Below are positions 27,618 to 39,122 of a DNA stretch of 57,282 nt, piece after piece. Position 1 is the first letter of the stretch; each line of letters starts with the position of its first letter. The stretch is taken from positions 1 to 57,282 of the IMG/VR virus record IMGVR_UViG_3300026123_000005; one strand, 5' to 3'. This DNA comes from a virus (lineage: Duplodnaviria > Caudoviricetes). A model generated the notes under the pieces. That model worked only from the letters and a program-made list of their open reading frames with translations, was not told the origin of the DNA and made no database searches. The translations under genes were made by a program, and so were the position numbers.

Positions 27618-30600
27618 ATGTCAGACAAATATAAACCAAACAAAATCACCGAAGAGATGGAGAAAATACGCGCAGGCGCTAAGAAAACAAATTACATAAA
27701 AACATCTTCGTACTTGCCAAAAACATTTGATACTCCTATCAACCGTAAATGGCTAGATAGCACACTTGACCAAATGTTGAGTAAAGGTGATTTGGAAGAT
27801 ATTGACGCATTTATTGGCAAGCGTGACGGTAAGTACAGAAATATTGATGATGTATATCTACCAGAAGTAGCACATGCCGAGCGCAGAACCAATGTACATT
27901 TGTCTCCTGCAATTGTTTCATACAGTGATAATCAGATAGAAAATGTTATTACATATGATGATATTGCTAATACCATAAAAACAAACACTGACAGTTATTC
28001 ACACGGAGCGGCATACGCTACACAGGCATATACATTTGCACCGCCAATAACATATGACAAGTTTGTTAATCCTAGCTCATATGTGTGGGTGCCTGATATG
28101 CCTGTGTTTATCTCTGGGTTAACAACAGTAGATATAGCTCGTGTAGAATCAGGCGCAGAATATTTCTGGGAAGACACAGATGTTTCATTTTATTTACAAA
28201 ACAATCAGCGTATAAGACTATCTAATTATGACGATTGTACTTACATGGTAGCAGGTGTAGGTAAAAAAATCAAGCTAATTAAAATAATGGATGCTCTCGG
28301 TGAGTTTGTATATGATTTTGAAACACCGGGTAGTCCAGTTGCTGTTACTGGTTTATGGGACAATGCTGATTATAATCCACAATTGCCTGATTTGAATGCT
28401 ATTGATGGAATTTCTTTTGGCGAAGCTGCGTGGGATATGGGCAGCATTGTATTGGAATCATACGACAAAGATTACATTGTTATAGACCGAGCGGATGAAG
28501 ATAATACCGCATGGAGCCGTAATAATAACTGGATACACATTGATGCTGTCAAAGAATGGTGTGGAATAATTGGCATAGATTTTGATGAATACATACGTAA
28601 AGAAAGAAAAGCAATACGACCTATTATAGAATTTAATGCTAACATTGTAAAAATTCCACAAGAAAAAGTTCGTATGAACCAAGCACCTTTGTTTAGATTA
28701 AAAGATGCTACTGGCAAATGGCTTGATGAATATCCTGTGAATGATTTTGCTGGTAGTAAAATATTTGGATACGAAGAAGGAACAGGTTTTGTTGATACCG
28801 AGTTAGGCTTCGCACTCTCACGCCGAGATAATGGCGCAAGCGCAGACATAGTATTTAAAAACTATCTACATGTGGAACGATACACTTCTAAAGTAAGAGA
28901 TGTATTAAATTCAAACATAGACAGGAAAGAAATACAAGGTTTATATTTCTTTGAAATTGACGGCGATAACAGAACAAACTATGTTTCTATGGCTCGTCCT
29001 CTGACTGCGTATAAAAAACAACAAATTGAAGTTATTAACGCGGAAGAGCCTGCTATTTTTTACGGTGTTGGCTCGGAAACATGGAAAACATCTCAAGAAT
29101 TTATTATAACTAAAAAAGCAGAAGATGTATGGACAATAACAGAATTATATTCAAATGGTACATATAACGAGATAAAAGATCCAACTCCTTTTCTTAAATT
29201 GGAACCAGACACTGAATATGAATTTCATAACTTGTATGACTCCGCTGCTGTAGTTTTTTATGTTGATGGTGAAACACCGCTATATGCAAATGGTTTTACT
29301 GCTGATTCGTTTTCATATGTAACTCCGAGTAGATACAACACAGTAAACGTGGCACTGGTACATGCCGACCCTTCTATAGGCGTTATCGGCAAAACAATGA
29401 AAATATACAGTGACCGTGATGCCAGCATTCAGAAACATGAAGTTAAAATTAATGGAAATGTACTCCGACCTAGAGAGTATGTTATTCAATCAGACAAAAT
29501 AACTATTCCTGTTGAATTGATTTCTGAAGGAGATATCATAGACTTACAATACGTTGATACAAATAATACAACAGAGACTTCGGAAACTATACCTGAAATT
29601 TTTGAATATAACTCTAATAACAAAACTGTTGATACATTAACTGTCAGTGAAACATTGGACCACTGGGCAGATATTATTCGTCAATCTCCTGAGATAGATG
29701 GACAAATTATAGGCACAAATAATTCACATAGATTGCCGCAGCTTCCACAATACGGCGGCACGATATTAATTCATGACTACAACATATTGCCGCATAGTTT
29801 GACAATAACAACGCCAGATTTCAATATAACTAATGCTTTGATGGAACAAGGCAAAGATTGGTACGCATTTAAAGAACGTGTTAAGAATCAAGCAAGACGA
29901 TTATGGAGCACAAAATCATATAGCTCCGTGAAAGATTTGACTAATGATGTAATTAATCAATATGTTTTGACACGTAGAGGCACAAGCACGTATAAAAATA
30001 GCAACATGTTATTTTTGAATACGACTGACCCTCAAGAATTTATTTTGAGTATTGGACAAACAAATATTACTCTGCGTGAAACAGTCAATAAAGACGAAAA
30101 CATTCAAGACCATTTGTACGTGTATTTAACAAGTTATGTTGCTGGCAATTTGATTGAAAAACTTTTAATCAAGAATACTGATTACACTGTTGTAGCAAAT
30201 CAGCTTGTATTGAATCAATCTATAGTGTCTTCGTTCGGCAATAATGATTCTACGATATCTATTCACTACATTCCGATGGATGAATCATGTTATGTTCCGC
30301 CTAGTATGACAAAATCTATGCTAGGTCCAGTGTATGAACCACAAGTACATAATGGTGTGCTTTACTGTCACGACGGAGACACATATCCAGTAAACACTGA
30401 TGGTGATATTGAAGTTATATTAAATGACACACGAAGCCCTTCGTTTGACCCTATTGCTGCGGTGTTGTATGACATTGAAAAAAGAATATACGCTGGACTT
30501 GTAGATGGTGAATATGTTATACCTGCATCGTTAAGAGGTTCACAGCATCGTTCTAAATGGTACACACATTACGACATTGAAAACGATTTGATGTACCGTC

Positions 30601-33600
30601 ACTTTGTACGATGGACAAATGACACAGGCTATAAACTTCCTGTTTCTATTCCAGATTCAGATGACACGGAAGGTTGGACATGGAACTATAGACATATTAA
30701 TGTAGATGGACACTTGGGCAATTTGCCAGGACACTGGCGCGCGGCTTATCGTACATTGTTTGACACTGACACACCACATCTAACGCCGTGGCATATGTTA
30801 GGACATGCCAAGAAGCCAACCTGGTGGGATGACTTGTATAGTTGGACTGAACCTACGAAACGAAATGCTCTTCTTGATGCGTTAAAACATGGCAGAACAG
30901 ATACGACCGGCAAGACAGATTTGCGTTACGCTCGTTACTACTGGGACTGGATACTACAATGTCCAGTTGATACTAACGGTGAGTTAGTTGGGCCAGTTAA
31001 TGTATTAGTCGCTAATCCAGCAAATAGAGTGTTTGATGTGAATTTTGCACAAGCACACACATTTGAAGATTGGTCAGAAGGACAAATGATTTGGCGTAAC
31101 AGTGCTCTAGGACAAGCGGCGTTTATTAGCACACTGACTACTCTATCTCCTGCACAAGCATGGGCAGAGTTTTTTGTGCCAGGCACAGTTCGCTCAGCAG
31201 ATTATACAACATATCCTGGAATTGTCACTGATGAGCTTGGATTGAATCAATTAACTGATTCAGCGAGAGCCGGAGATTTGACAACGGTTGTTAGTAGAAT
31301 TTCTATGAAGAATGACAGAGTGATACCTAACTCTGAGGTAGTAACAGTTGATGATGCGCAAGTGTTGTTATTCAATAACACTGACGGAGATAATGCCACA
31401 ACTGAATTTGCTCTTCTACCAGAAACAGGAATTGTATCAGGCGTTGCTTTGACTAACCGTGGAACAAAATACAATCAATTACCAGATGTAGATTTCTATA
31501 GCGAAACTGAAGGGAACATTGGATTAAATGTCAGAGTTGAAACTAAAACTGTTGAATATGTTTCTCGTGGATTAGACCAAATCATATATAATTATATAAC
31601 AAAAATTGAATCTACGCAAAGCTTCAGTGAGCAAGTTAAAAATGTAGAAACAAGATTGTCGCAAAAGATTGGTGGATTTTCGGCGAAAAATCTATTAGAA
31701 TTTAAAACGGAAAGTAGTCGTCAAGGTTCTATCGCATTAGCAAGCTTTGATTATGACTTGATTATGTATCAAGGCAAACCTACTGATTTGATAACAGCAT
31801 CATCTTTTAGAATTGTTAAGACGGATTCTGGTTATAGTGTATTTGGATTTAGTCCTAACAAACAACAATTTTATTTTTATGAAGCAGATTTATCATACAC
31901 CAGTAATGTTGAAGTTGTGACAATAGGCGACAGCGGTGCTACTGTTAAGAAATATAAAAAGTTTGTTAAACCAGCAAGTATAGCAGAATACGGTACAAAG
32001 TTCAAGCGTATTCAGGATGTTTATAACTTTATTCGTGGCAATCTTCAATTTGTTAAAGATGCTGGATATGATTTACTTCGTGGAATAGATGACTATGCGT
32101 ATGACTTTGCTCGTTGGGCAATGAGTTCAGCAGTAGATTCGCAATTGACATTGCCAATTGGCTCGGAAATAATGTTCCAACCTGGACATGGTACTATATT
32201 GGAACTAAACTCACTATCCAGACAAACAAACGGTGTCCTTGATACAAACGGCAGAACTATACCGTTGGAAGAATTACTGATAACTCGTGATGAAACACAA
32301 ACTGTTGTCAGTTATGGTGGTGATTTAGGCAGTGTAACATTCGCGGTAACTGATTTTGAACACATGGTTGTGTTCAACAATGTGACTGACTTTAACAGTA
32401 CTATCTATGATGATGTACTTCAGAGAAGACAACCACGATTGATAATGAAAGGTCAAAGAACAAAAGATTGGTACGGTAAGCGCAAAGCGCCAGGATATCT
32501 AATCTTTGATGATAAGATTGTTCAAAACTGGGACACAAGTGTTGATAACATTAGAGACTATTACGATGTTAATACTAATAAATTTAATGCGTCTATTGAA
32601 AAAGCAGAGCGCTTGACTAATGGCAATATAACACAAGAATGGATTGAAGATTTGGGAATATCTCAGATTACAGCCAACGAAATGTACAAAGGTATTATCC
32701 GTGATAAAGGTACAACTAACTCATTGACATTTGCTGATACATTGGCATCCTACGAGGTAGGTGATAAAAATGTCAAGTCTCGTGAAATATGGATGTTCCG
32801 TGAGAACATGTTCGGTGATGTTAGAAACTTTGATGCCACTGAGTTTGAGATTAGACGAACAGAAATAAAAGACAAACAACAGTTGTTAAACTTTGTTGAC
32901 CAGCCGACTGGCACAGGTGTAGATATTGTAACAAATAGTATTTTGGCACCTAATCGTCCAAGATATGTTAATGGTTCAAAACCTGATTTTGAATTAGTAC
33001 CATTTGTTGAGCGTGATTTGCAATTAAGAACAGCAGGTGATTTATTAGTAGATGAGGCTGACTTTGTTGCGAAGAAGGTTAGTGATATACCAGGATTGTT
33101 CAGTCAAATGTCTGGCACAGATATAGAAACATGGAACACATACACAAGTTACAAAAAAGGCGACCTTGTTCGCAAAGATGGAAAACTGTATGAATGTATA
33201 GTACAAGCAACTGGATTAAACGCACAAACTGATATTGCTCAAATTGCGAGTGCTGTAAGATATCCTACTATGCCATATGGTTCAACTGCCATTTTTAGAG
33301 ATAATACAGATTCATCTTATACTACCGTAACATTCGGTACAAATGTATCCGGTACAGAACCTATTTCTATATTAGGCAGTATAACAAATCCTGTGGTGTT
33401 AAGTCAAGATGGAGCAAGACTGATAATTAACAACTCTGTCATTTCTATGGAAAAGAAAATACAGGTACCACAAGATTCTGAATATCCTGTCACACCGGCA
33501 GGAGCAATATCGCCTGTTATCGCCGATACATTTACAGAAAGATACTTAACTATAAATGATATTACCGTTGATTTAGCCGAGGCAGACGCGCCTGTCATTG

Positions 33601-36600
33601 GTGACGAATTAGCATATGCTGATGGTGAAAAAACAGTATTCGCATTGAATACTGCTTTGGGTGATTACGGTAGCACACCTTTTGAAATTGTTGTGAATGA
33701 AGTGACTGTAGATGGCACGCCATTGGTACAGAATGTTGATTATACAGTGAATGTTGGCACAAACAGTGTTACTTTTGCCACTGCCCCTGGCATACCTAAT
33801 AATGGATATGCACAAGAAGGCTATGTCCAAGAATTTTATGCGGATGAAGGTTATTCTGATGTTGTATTTAAATTCAAACCTATTAATACAAAAAATTACA
33901 CTGAAATAAAAGACAGAATAGAAAATACTGTTCCTAATGTGTTTGTATTTTTAGACCCTGACAACAGATTTAAAATTCGTGGCACCGTGCCGGGTTCTTC
34001 ACAAGAGCTTGTTATTGGTGCTGGAAGTGCTAATGGAGCATTGGGACTCACAGCAGGTACATATACAGGTGGCACAACATTAGTGTATGTACATACTGAA
34101 ATTGAGTTGCCTGAGATAATCACACGAATTAATGACCAAGTAGGACAAACAGTTATCGCTTCTGAATCAGCCGGTAGACTGTTGTTATCAACTAACGAAT
34201 CACAGGTGACTATAGGCGGAACACAGTCTATATTGGACGATATAGGAATTATTGCCCAGACGTTTAATGCTGTTGAAACAAATATTGACTCATTTAGTCC
34301 TGTGGGAGATATCGTTAGTAAGATGAATGCCGCATTTTCTGACAGTGGAATAGAAATAACCGCTGCTGAAATAGATGGGTATTTGGCAATAACCAGTTCC
34401 ACAGAATATTTAGAAATTGGTTCAGACGAATTTCTAAATAATATGGGTATATCTGCCACAGATGTAAATGATAATGGCGATAATATAACGATTGTAAGTT
34501 CTTTGTCGGATGTTATATCTAATGATTTTGTCATTAGCGAGTGGAAAGATGTATCACATGAAGACCCGTTGCTGTCAAGCATATGGGTGACAGACGATTC
34601 TGAATTTGAATATAGTACCTTGAATTCAACGACACAAGTACGATACAATAGCTGGAACTTCTACAAATTTATGAATTTAAATTTCTATAGTGATTCTCCA
34701 GACTCGTGTTCTATTTGTGCGGGTAATACTACGAGTGATGGCAATGATGCTCAAATCACGATTAATACAGCACATAATCTGAGAGCTGGTGATTACGTAA
34801 TGATTGTGAATTCTACTACTATTCCTAGTGTAGATGGTATACATAAAGTCACTCGTGTAGATGCGCTTGACCCTAGAGCTTTTTACATTGATATGTACAT
34901 TGATGAATGTGGTGTAAGTCCTTCTATATTTGTTATGCGTAGTAGCAGATTCAGAGAACACGATTATGTTGTGGATACCTCACTATACAACTACCAATTG
35001 GATGATTTGGTATTTGTCACCCCAGTTGGCCAAGATTCAATACAAACTGGAACATATGTGTATGGTATGGAAACACCTGACACAGGTAACACAGTGACGC
35101 GATTGAATTCTCAGCCTGTGCGTATAACCGAAACTCGCTCAACAAATGATGATATTATGAATGTTTCGTTGTATAATGGCAAATCAGCAAGGTCATCGTT
35201 TGAGCTAGAAGTATTTGACCCATTGCGAGGTAAAATACCAGGCGTAGCAGACAGAGAAATAGATATCAAATCTCCTATAGATTTGGCTGTGTATACAAAC
35301 AGTACTGATATTTCTTTTGAAGGTACACCTAGGTCGGCATGGGGTGAAGAGCAAATTGGCACGGTGTGGTGGGATACGAGTGCTGCTATCTACTTTGATT
35401 ATACACAAGGTAGTGGCGAATACAATGCCAATATGTGGGGCAAACAGTTTTATTTCTCGAGCATTGACATATACGAATGGGTAGTGAGTGATGTACCGCC
35501 TGACGAATGGGAAAAAGCCGCTGAGAAAAATAAGGAAGTTATAGGCAAAGTGGCATCTGGCGAAGCATATAAAGTTTATGATCCGGCGTTAAAAGAAGAT
35601 GTGTACTATTACACCGAAAGTACTGAATGGAATCATATTACAGCGCAATACGACAATGTTTATTACTTCTGGGTTAAAAATAAACAAACCATAGAAGACC
35701 CTAAACGACACTTGACAGCAAACCAAATAGCGAGCATAATAGATAATCCAACGGCTAATGGTATCTCCTGGTGCGCGGCAGTTTCAGACAATCAGTTAAT
35801 TTTAGCCAACGTGAAAGCGTATGTAAATAATGATAACACTGTGGTACAAATAAATCGCATGTTAGAAGGACACGCACATACTAGTTGGAGAGAAATTGCA
35901 GAAGATGTTGATACTATTCCGCAGTTCTGGTATGAAGGATTACGAGACAATCTTTCTGGATACGAAATAGAAGATAGACCAGAAGAAACAATATCAACAA
36001 GTGAAACTGAATGGCAACCTGGCCAGCAATATGTAATAGGAAACAAAGTATTCTATAATAGAACAGAGTACATTTGTATCAAAGACGTTGATGTGACTGA
36101 TGCGTGGGAAATACAAACTCTTAAACGTTGCTGGATAAAAAGAGATCCATTTGTCAGAAGAAATAGATTGCCTGATATCAATTTGCACGAATTTAACAAA
36201 TACGGAAACGACCGTGAATTGTATCAATCATGGTTTGTTGATGTGAATGAGGCAAGAAGAGAATTCGTATCGGTTCTCAATAGATTAATCAAGACAATCA
36301 ATGTTGTTGATGAAGTTTCTCCTGGTAATATTGTTAAGTTTGAGCGATTTGGATTCTTGTGGAAATGGATTGATTATGTTAGTCCTGCCCGTGTTCCAGA
36401 ACAATCACATACTCTTGTAGTATCTCGTATGGCTGCGTTGGATGACGTAGACACAACACGCCATACTCTTGTTAAGGTTCCAGAATTCAATCCAATAGAT
36501 GGCAGAGATATATCTGAGCTACATCAATGGACAGGTACTGAGTGGAATCTAGTAGAGAAGAAAAATTCTACAATGGAATTTAATGACCTACTATGGGATA

Positions 36601-37601
36601 AATCATCTAAAAACGCTTGGGATATGTCGGCATGGGATGAATATTCGTGGGATATAGATTATTCATACGATATTCATACGTTGATTGAATTGCTGCGAAA
36701 TGATGTATTTGTGGGTACATATTTGCCTTACTTTAATCAGTTGTGGTTCGCAATGATAAATTATGTATTATCAGAGCAAGACTTTGTTGACTGGGCATAC
36801 AAAACAACATTCATTCAGTTGGATGTTTCTGAGAAAATACTAACTGATGTTAGACTATATCGCAGAGATACAACAAATGAGATTTTGGGTTACATAAACT
36901 CAGTCAAGCCTTTCCATACAAAGATACGAAATGTTAAGCGTAAATACACTGTAGATGAAACTGTGGCTCTAGATATATTTGATAGTGCTATGCTTGATAT
37001 ACAGATAAGTCATCATCCTGACGATTTGACAATAGAATATATTGGCACAGAAATTGACGGTGGCTCGTTCACAGAAACATTGGCAGACGAATATGTTGCT
37101 GCTACATTCACTGAATCAGAAAGTGTAGTTGAAGATATTTTAGATGGCGAAGATTTTATTCAGCCTTACAATTACAACTGGACAGGTGAAGAAGCTAGAC
37201 GTTTGGAGTTAATATTGTCATTACAAGAGTCATTAGCAATTGAGGTAGAGACTGAAAATTCTGGACAAATAGACAAATTTGTTAGTGTAACAGATTATAG
37301 TGGTAATACGCATAGATATGAGCTACTGTCTGAAAATACAGTGACGATAGACCAAGATTTGCTTCACACTGATACATCGTGCGAAATTAGTACTATTGCT
37401 GATCATCCACGATATGGTCTAGCGTACATTAACGGTGAGATAGTATATTATTCACAGTTAATAAACTCTAAAATGGTTAATATGGTTCGTGGAGTATTAG
37501 GAACTACTCCTAAATCACATACGCTTGGGTCGGAGTTGGTATTCTTGGAAGCTGGTCCAACGTACAAAGTTAGCCAAACAATAGCTGTGACTAGCCCATG
37601 A
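27618..37601 (+). CDS. Very large virion structural protein (3327 aa; gp7-position baseplate wedge)
   Basis: Uninterrupted ORF after gp6; 'YINSVKPFHTKIR' C-terminal motif; two CBM5/12-like W-x5-Y-x2-G motifs. Confidence 0.7.
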   Translation: MSDKYKPNKITEEMEKIRAGAKKTNYIKTSSYLPKTFDTPINRKWLDSTLDQMLSKGDLEDIDAFIGKRDGKYRNIDDVYLPEVAHAERRTNVHLSPAIVSYSDNQIENVITYDDIANTIKTNTDSYSHGAAYATQAYTFAPPITYDKFVNPSSYVWVPDMPVFISGLTTVDIARVESGAEYFWEDTDVSFYLQNNQRIRLSNYDDCTYMVAGVGKKIKLIKIMDALGEFVYDFETPGSPVAVTGLWDNADYNPQLPDLNAIDGISFGEAAWDMGSIVLESYDKDYIVIDRADEDNTAWSRNNNWIHIDAVKEWCGIIGIDFDEYIRKERKAIRPIIEFNANIVKIPQEKVRMNQAPLFRLKDATGKWLDEYPVNDFAGSKIFGYEEGTGFVDTELGFALSRRDNGASADIVFKNYLHVERYTSKVRDVLNSNIDRKEIQGLYFFEIDGDNRTNYVSMARPLTAYKKQQIEVINAEEPAIFYGVGSETWKTSQEFIITKKAEDVWTITELYSNGTYNEIKDPTPFLKLEPDTEYEFHNLYDSAAVVFYVDGETPLYANGFTADSFSYVTPSRYNTVNVALVHADPSIGVIGKTMKIYSDRDASIQKHEVKINGNVLRPREYVIQSDKITIPVELISEGDIIDLQYVDTNNTTETSETIPEIFEYNSNNKTVDTLTVSETLDHWADIIRQSPEIDGQIIGTNNSHRLPQLPQYGGTILIHDYNILPHSLTITTPDFNITNALMEQGKDWYAFKERVKNQARRLWSTKSYSSVKDLTNDVINQYVLTRRGTSTYKNSNMLFLNTTDPQEFILSIGQTNITLRETVNKDENIQDHLYVYLTSYVAGNLIEKLLIKNTDYTVVANQLVLNQSIVSSFGNNDSTISIHYIPMDESCYVPPSMTKSMLGPVYEPQVHNGVLYCHDGDTYPVNTDGDIEVILNDTRSPSFDPIAAVLYDIEKRIYAGLVDGEYVIPASLRGSQHRSKWYTHYDIENDLMYRHFVRWTNDTGYKLPVSIPDSDDTEGWTWNYRHINVDGHLGNLPGHWRAAYRTLFDTDTPHLTPWHMLGHAKKPTWWDDLYSWTEPTKRNALLDALKHGRTDTTGKTDLRYARYYWDWILQCPVDTNGELVGPVNVLVANPANRVFDVNFAQAHTFEDWSEGQMIWRNSALGQAAFISTLTTLSPAQAWAEFFVPGTVRSADYTTYPGIVTDELGLNQLTDSARAGDLTTVVSRISMKNDRVIPNSEVVTVDDAQVLLFNNTDGDNATTEFALLPETGIVSGVALTNRGTKYNQLPDVDFYSETEGNIGLNVRVETKTVEYVSRGLDQIIYNYITKIESTQSFSEQVKNVETRLSQKIGGFSAKNLLEFKTESSRQGSIALASFDYDLIMYQGKPTDLITASSFRIVKTDSGYSVFGFSPNKQQFYFYEADLSYTSNVEVVTIGDSGATVKKYKKFVKPASIAEYGTKFKRIQDVYNFIRGNLQFVKDAGYDLLRGIDDYAYDFARWAMSSAVDSQLTLPIGSEIMFQPGHGTILELNSLSRQTNGVLDTNGRTIPLEELLITRDETQTVVSYGGDLGSVTFAVTDFEHMVVFNNVTDFNSTIYDDVLQRRQPRLIMKGQRTKDWYGKRKAPGYLIFDDKIVQNWDTSVDNIRDYYDVNTNKFNASIEKAERLTNGNITQEWIEDLGISQITANEMYKGIIRDKGTTNSLTFADTLASYEVGDKNVKSREIWMFRENMFGDVRNFDATEFEIRRTEIKDKQQLLNFVDQPTGTGVDIVTNSILAPNRPRYVNGSKPDFELVPFVERDLQLRTAGDLLVDEADFVAKKVSDIPGLFSQMSGTDIETWNTYTSYKKGDLVRKDGKLYECIVQATGLNAQTDIAQIASAVRYPTMPYGSTAIFRDNTDSSYTTVTFGTNVSGTEPISILGSITNPVVLSQDGARLIINNSVISMEKKIQVPQDSEYPVTPAGAISPVIADTFTERYLTINDITVDLAEADAPVIGDELAYADGEKTVFALNTALGDYGSTPFEIVVNEVTVDGTPLVQNVDYTVNVGTNSVTFATAPGIPNNGYAQEGYVQEFYADEGYSDVVFKFKPINTKNYTEIKDRIENTVPNVFVFLDPDNRFKIRGTVPGSSQELVIGAGSANGALGLTAGTYTGGTTLVYVHTEIELPEIITRINDQVGQTVIASESAGRLLLSTNESQVTIGGTQSILDDIGIIAQTFNAVETNIDSFSPVGDIVSKMNAAFSDSGIEITAAEIDGYLAITSSTEYLEIGSDEFLNNMGISATDVNDNGDNITIVSSLSDVISNDFVISEWKDVSHEDPLLSSIWVTDDSEFEYSTLNSTTQVRYNSWNFYKFMNLNFYSDSPDSCSICAGNTTSDGNDAQITINTAHNLRAGDYVMIVNSTTIPSVDGIHKVTRVDALDPRAFYIDMYIDECGVSPSIFVMRSSRFREHDYVVDTSLYNYQLDDLVFVTPVGQDSIQTGTYVYGMETPDTGNTVTRLNSQPVRITETRSTNDDIMNVSLYNGKSARSSFELEVFDPLRGKIPGVADREIDIKSPIDLAVYTNSTDISFEGTPRSAWGEEQIGTVWWDTSAAIYFDYTQGSGEYNANMWGKQFYFSSIDIYEWVVSDVPPDEWEKAAEKNKEVIGKVASGEAYKVYDPALKEDVYYYTESTEWNHITAQYDNVYYFWVKNKQTIEDPKRHLTANQIASIIDNPTANGISWCAAVSDNQLILANVKAYVNNDNTVVQINRMLEGHAHTSWREIAEDVDTIPQFWYEGLRDNLSGYEIEDRPEETISTSETEWQPGQQYVIGNKVFYNRTEYICIKDVDVTDAWEIQTLKRCWIKRDPFVRRNRLPDINLHEFNKYGNDRELYQSWFVDVNEARREFVSVLNRLIKTINVVDEVSPGNIVKFERFGFLWKWIDYVSPARVPEQSHTLVVSRMAALDDVDTTRHTLVKVPEFNPIDGRDISELHQWTGTEWNLVEKKNSTMEFNDLLWDKSSKNAWDMSAWDEYSWDIDYSYDIHTLIELLRNDVFVGTYLPYFNQLWFAMINYVLSEQDFVDWAYKTTFIQLDVSEKILTDVRLYRRDTTNEILGYINSVKPFHTKIRNVKRKYTVDETVALDIFDSAMLDIQISHHPDDLTIEYIGTEIDGGSFTETLADEYVAATFTESESVVEDILDGEDFIQPYNYNWTGEEARRLELILSLQESLAIEVETENSGQIDKFVSVTDYSGNTHRYELLSENTVTIDQDLLHTDTSCEISTIADHPRYGLAYINGEIVYYSQLINSKMVNMVRGVLGTTPKSHTLGSELVFLEAGPTYKVSQTIAVTSP

Positions 37602-37620
37602 AAATAAAAATATTTTTTGT

Positions 37621-37628
37621 GCTAAATA
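37621..37628 (+). promoter_or_regulatory. Putative late promoter GCTAAATA
   Basis: TAAATA core upstream of GGAG SD and ATG 37652. Confidence 0.6.
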
Positions 37629-37651
37629 CACAGATACGGAGATTATTTTAA

Positions 37652-38227
37652 ATGAGTGACAAATTTTTAGACAGAGCAAATACATCAATTGACGGACATG
37701 TTCTGATAAAAGATGCTGATACAAACGAAGTTTTACTTGATAAGCATAATGCTATCAACTTTGAAAACTTTGCGCTTGCTATTATGAATGCCGTCGCTTA
37801 CGGCGGAACTGGCGACGGATTGACAATCGGCGCAATGGCATTTGGTAATGCTGGAACAGTTATAGATGATACGGGTAACATAACATACAAATATCCGAAT
37901 GTTGATACGCCTGATGGTGAATTATATGTTGAGACTTACAGAAAAGATGTAGTTTCAGGCGAAGATGGTGACATATCTACATTATCGTATTCTGGCGAGT
38001 CCTATAACGATATTATTGTCACGGTGACTCTAGAGTATGATGAACCTGACACCCAAGATGCTATTGATAACGGCGCAAACATGAACGGAGATTTTGTGTT
38101 TGATGAATTAGGTTTAGTAGGTTCTACTGGAAAATTTTTGACTCATTTGATTTTTCATCCAATTCAAAAAAGCGCAAACAGAAGAATACAAATAATTTAC
38201 ACTATACGAATTAGAGCAGGACAATAA
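37652..38227 (+). CDS. Baseplate/tail-associated structural protein
   Basis: 'FVFDELGL...HLIFHPIQKSANR.IQIIYTIRI'; tail module context. Confidence 0.6.
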   Translation: MSDKFLDRANTSIDGHVLIKDADTNEVLLDKHNAINFENFALAIMNAVAYGGTGDGLTIGAMAFGNAGTVIDDTGNITYKYPNVDTPDGELYVETYRKDVVSGEDGDISTLSYSGESYNDIIVTVTLEYDEPDTQDAIDNGANMNGDFVFDELGLVGSTGKFLTHLIFHPIQKSANRRIQIIYTIRIRAGQ

Positions 38228-38228
38228 C

Positions 38229-39122
38229 ATGGCATATATAGTTGACAATTCAGGTACCGAAATACAAATTGATGATGGTACGCTTAACACAGACACTAGT
38301 TTATATCTAGTAGGTAAAAACTTCGCTGGATATGGAGAATACATTGCTCAAGATTTAGTGTGGCTACTGAATAATTTTGCGAGCGCAACCCCTCCTCTTA
38401 ATCCCTCGCCTGGACAGATATGGTATAATACAGAAACACAAAAATACAGCTTTTATGACCCATCTGCTGAATTTAACACAGAGGGAAATGGATGGGGACC
38501 ATTGAGTCTTGACACTATATCTAAAATGCGTGTGATGGATGTTGACGAAGCTTACCATGATGTGACAGCAGTTCACGATGAAGGAACAATTATTTCTATT
38601 TTTAGTTCAGAGTCTTTTGCTGTTAATGCGGCTGATCCTATTCATCCTAACCAAATAGGACCAGAGCTTGGATTTGATTATATTGGCACAGGTCTAACAA
38701 TGACGCAAAATTCAAAGTTGTTTGGTACAGCTACTCGTGCTGAATATGCTGACTTGGCAGAAATGTACGCCTCCGACCAAGACTATGCGCCAGGAACGGT
38801 AGTTCGCATTGGAGGAACAGCGGAAGTGACCCAGACTGCTAGTCCGTATTGTCAAGATGTGTTTGGCGTAGTATCTACTGACCCGGCGTATCTTATGAAC
38901 AGCAAAACTGCTGGTGTGCCTGTTGCGTTAGAAGGTCGTGTGCCATGTAAAGTAGTAGGAAAAGTACAAAAAGGTGACAGATTAGTTTCAAGTGATATAC
39001 CAGGCGTTGCAATGGTCGGTGAATTAGATAAGATGCAATGGTGGAATCAAGTAGGCAGAGCATTAGAAAGTAAAGACACCGATGGTGAAGGTGTGATAGA
39101 GATTGTTGTTGGAGCCAAGTAA
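38229..39122 (+). CDS. Tail fibre-like protein with C-terminal intramolecular-chaperone (peptidase G2/S74-like) domain
   Basis: N-terminal 'LVGKNFAGYGE..LLNNFA..P.PGQIWY'; C-terminal 'YADLAEMY..GTVV..GVVSTDPAYLMN..VALEGRVPCKV.G.V.KGD.LV'. Confidence 0.7.
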   Translation: MAYIVDNSGTEIQIDDGTLNTDTSLYLVGKNFAGYGEYIAQDLVWLLNNFASATPPLNPSPGQIWYNTETQKYSFYDPSAEFNTEGNGWGPLSLDTISKMRVMDVDEAYHDVTAVHDEGTIISIFSSESFAVNAADPIHPNQIGPELGFDYIGTGLTMTQNSKLFGTATRAEYADLAEMYASDQDYAPGTVVRIGGTAEVTQTASPYCQDVFGVVSTDPAYLMNSKTAGVPVALEGRVPCKVVGKVQKGDRLVSSDIPGVAMVGELDKMQWWNQVGRALESKDTDGEGVIEIVVGAK

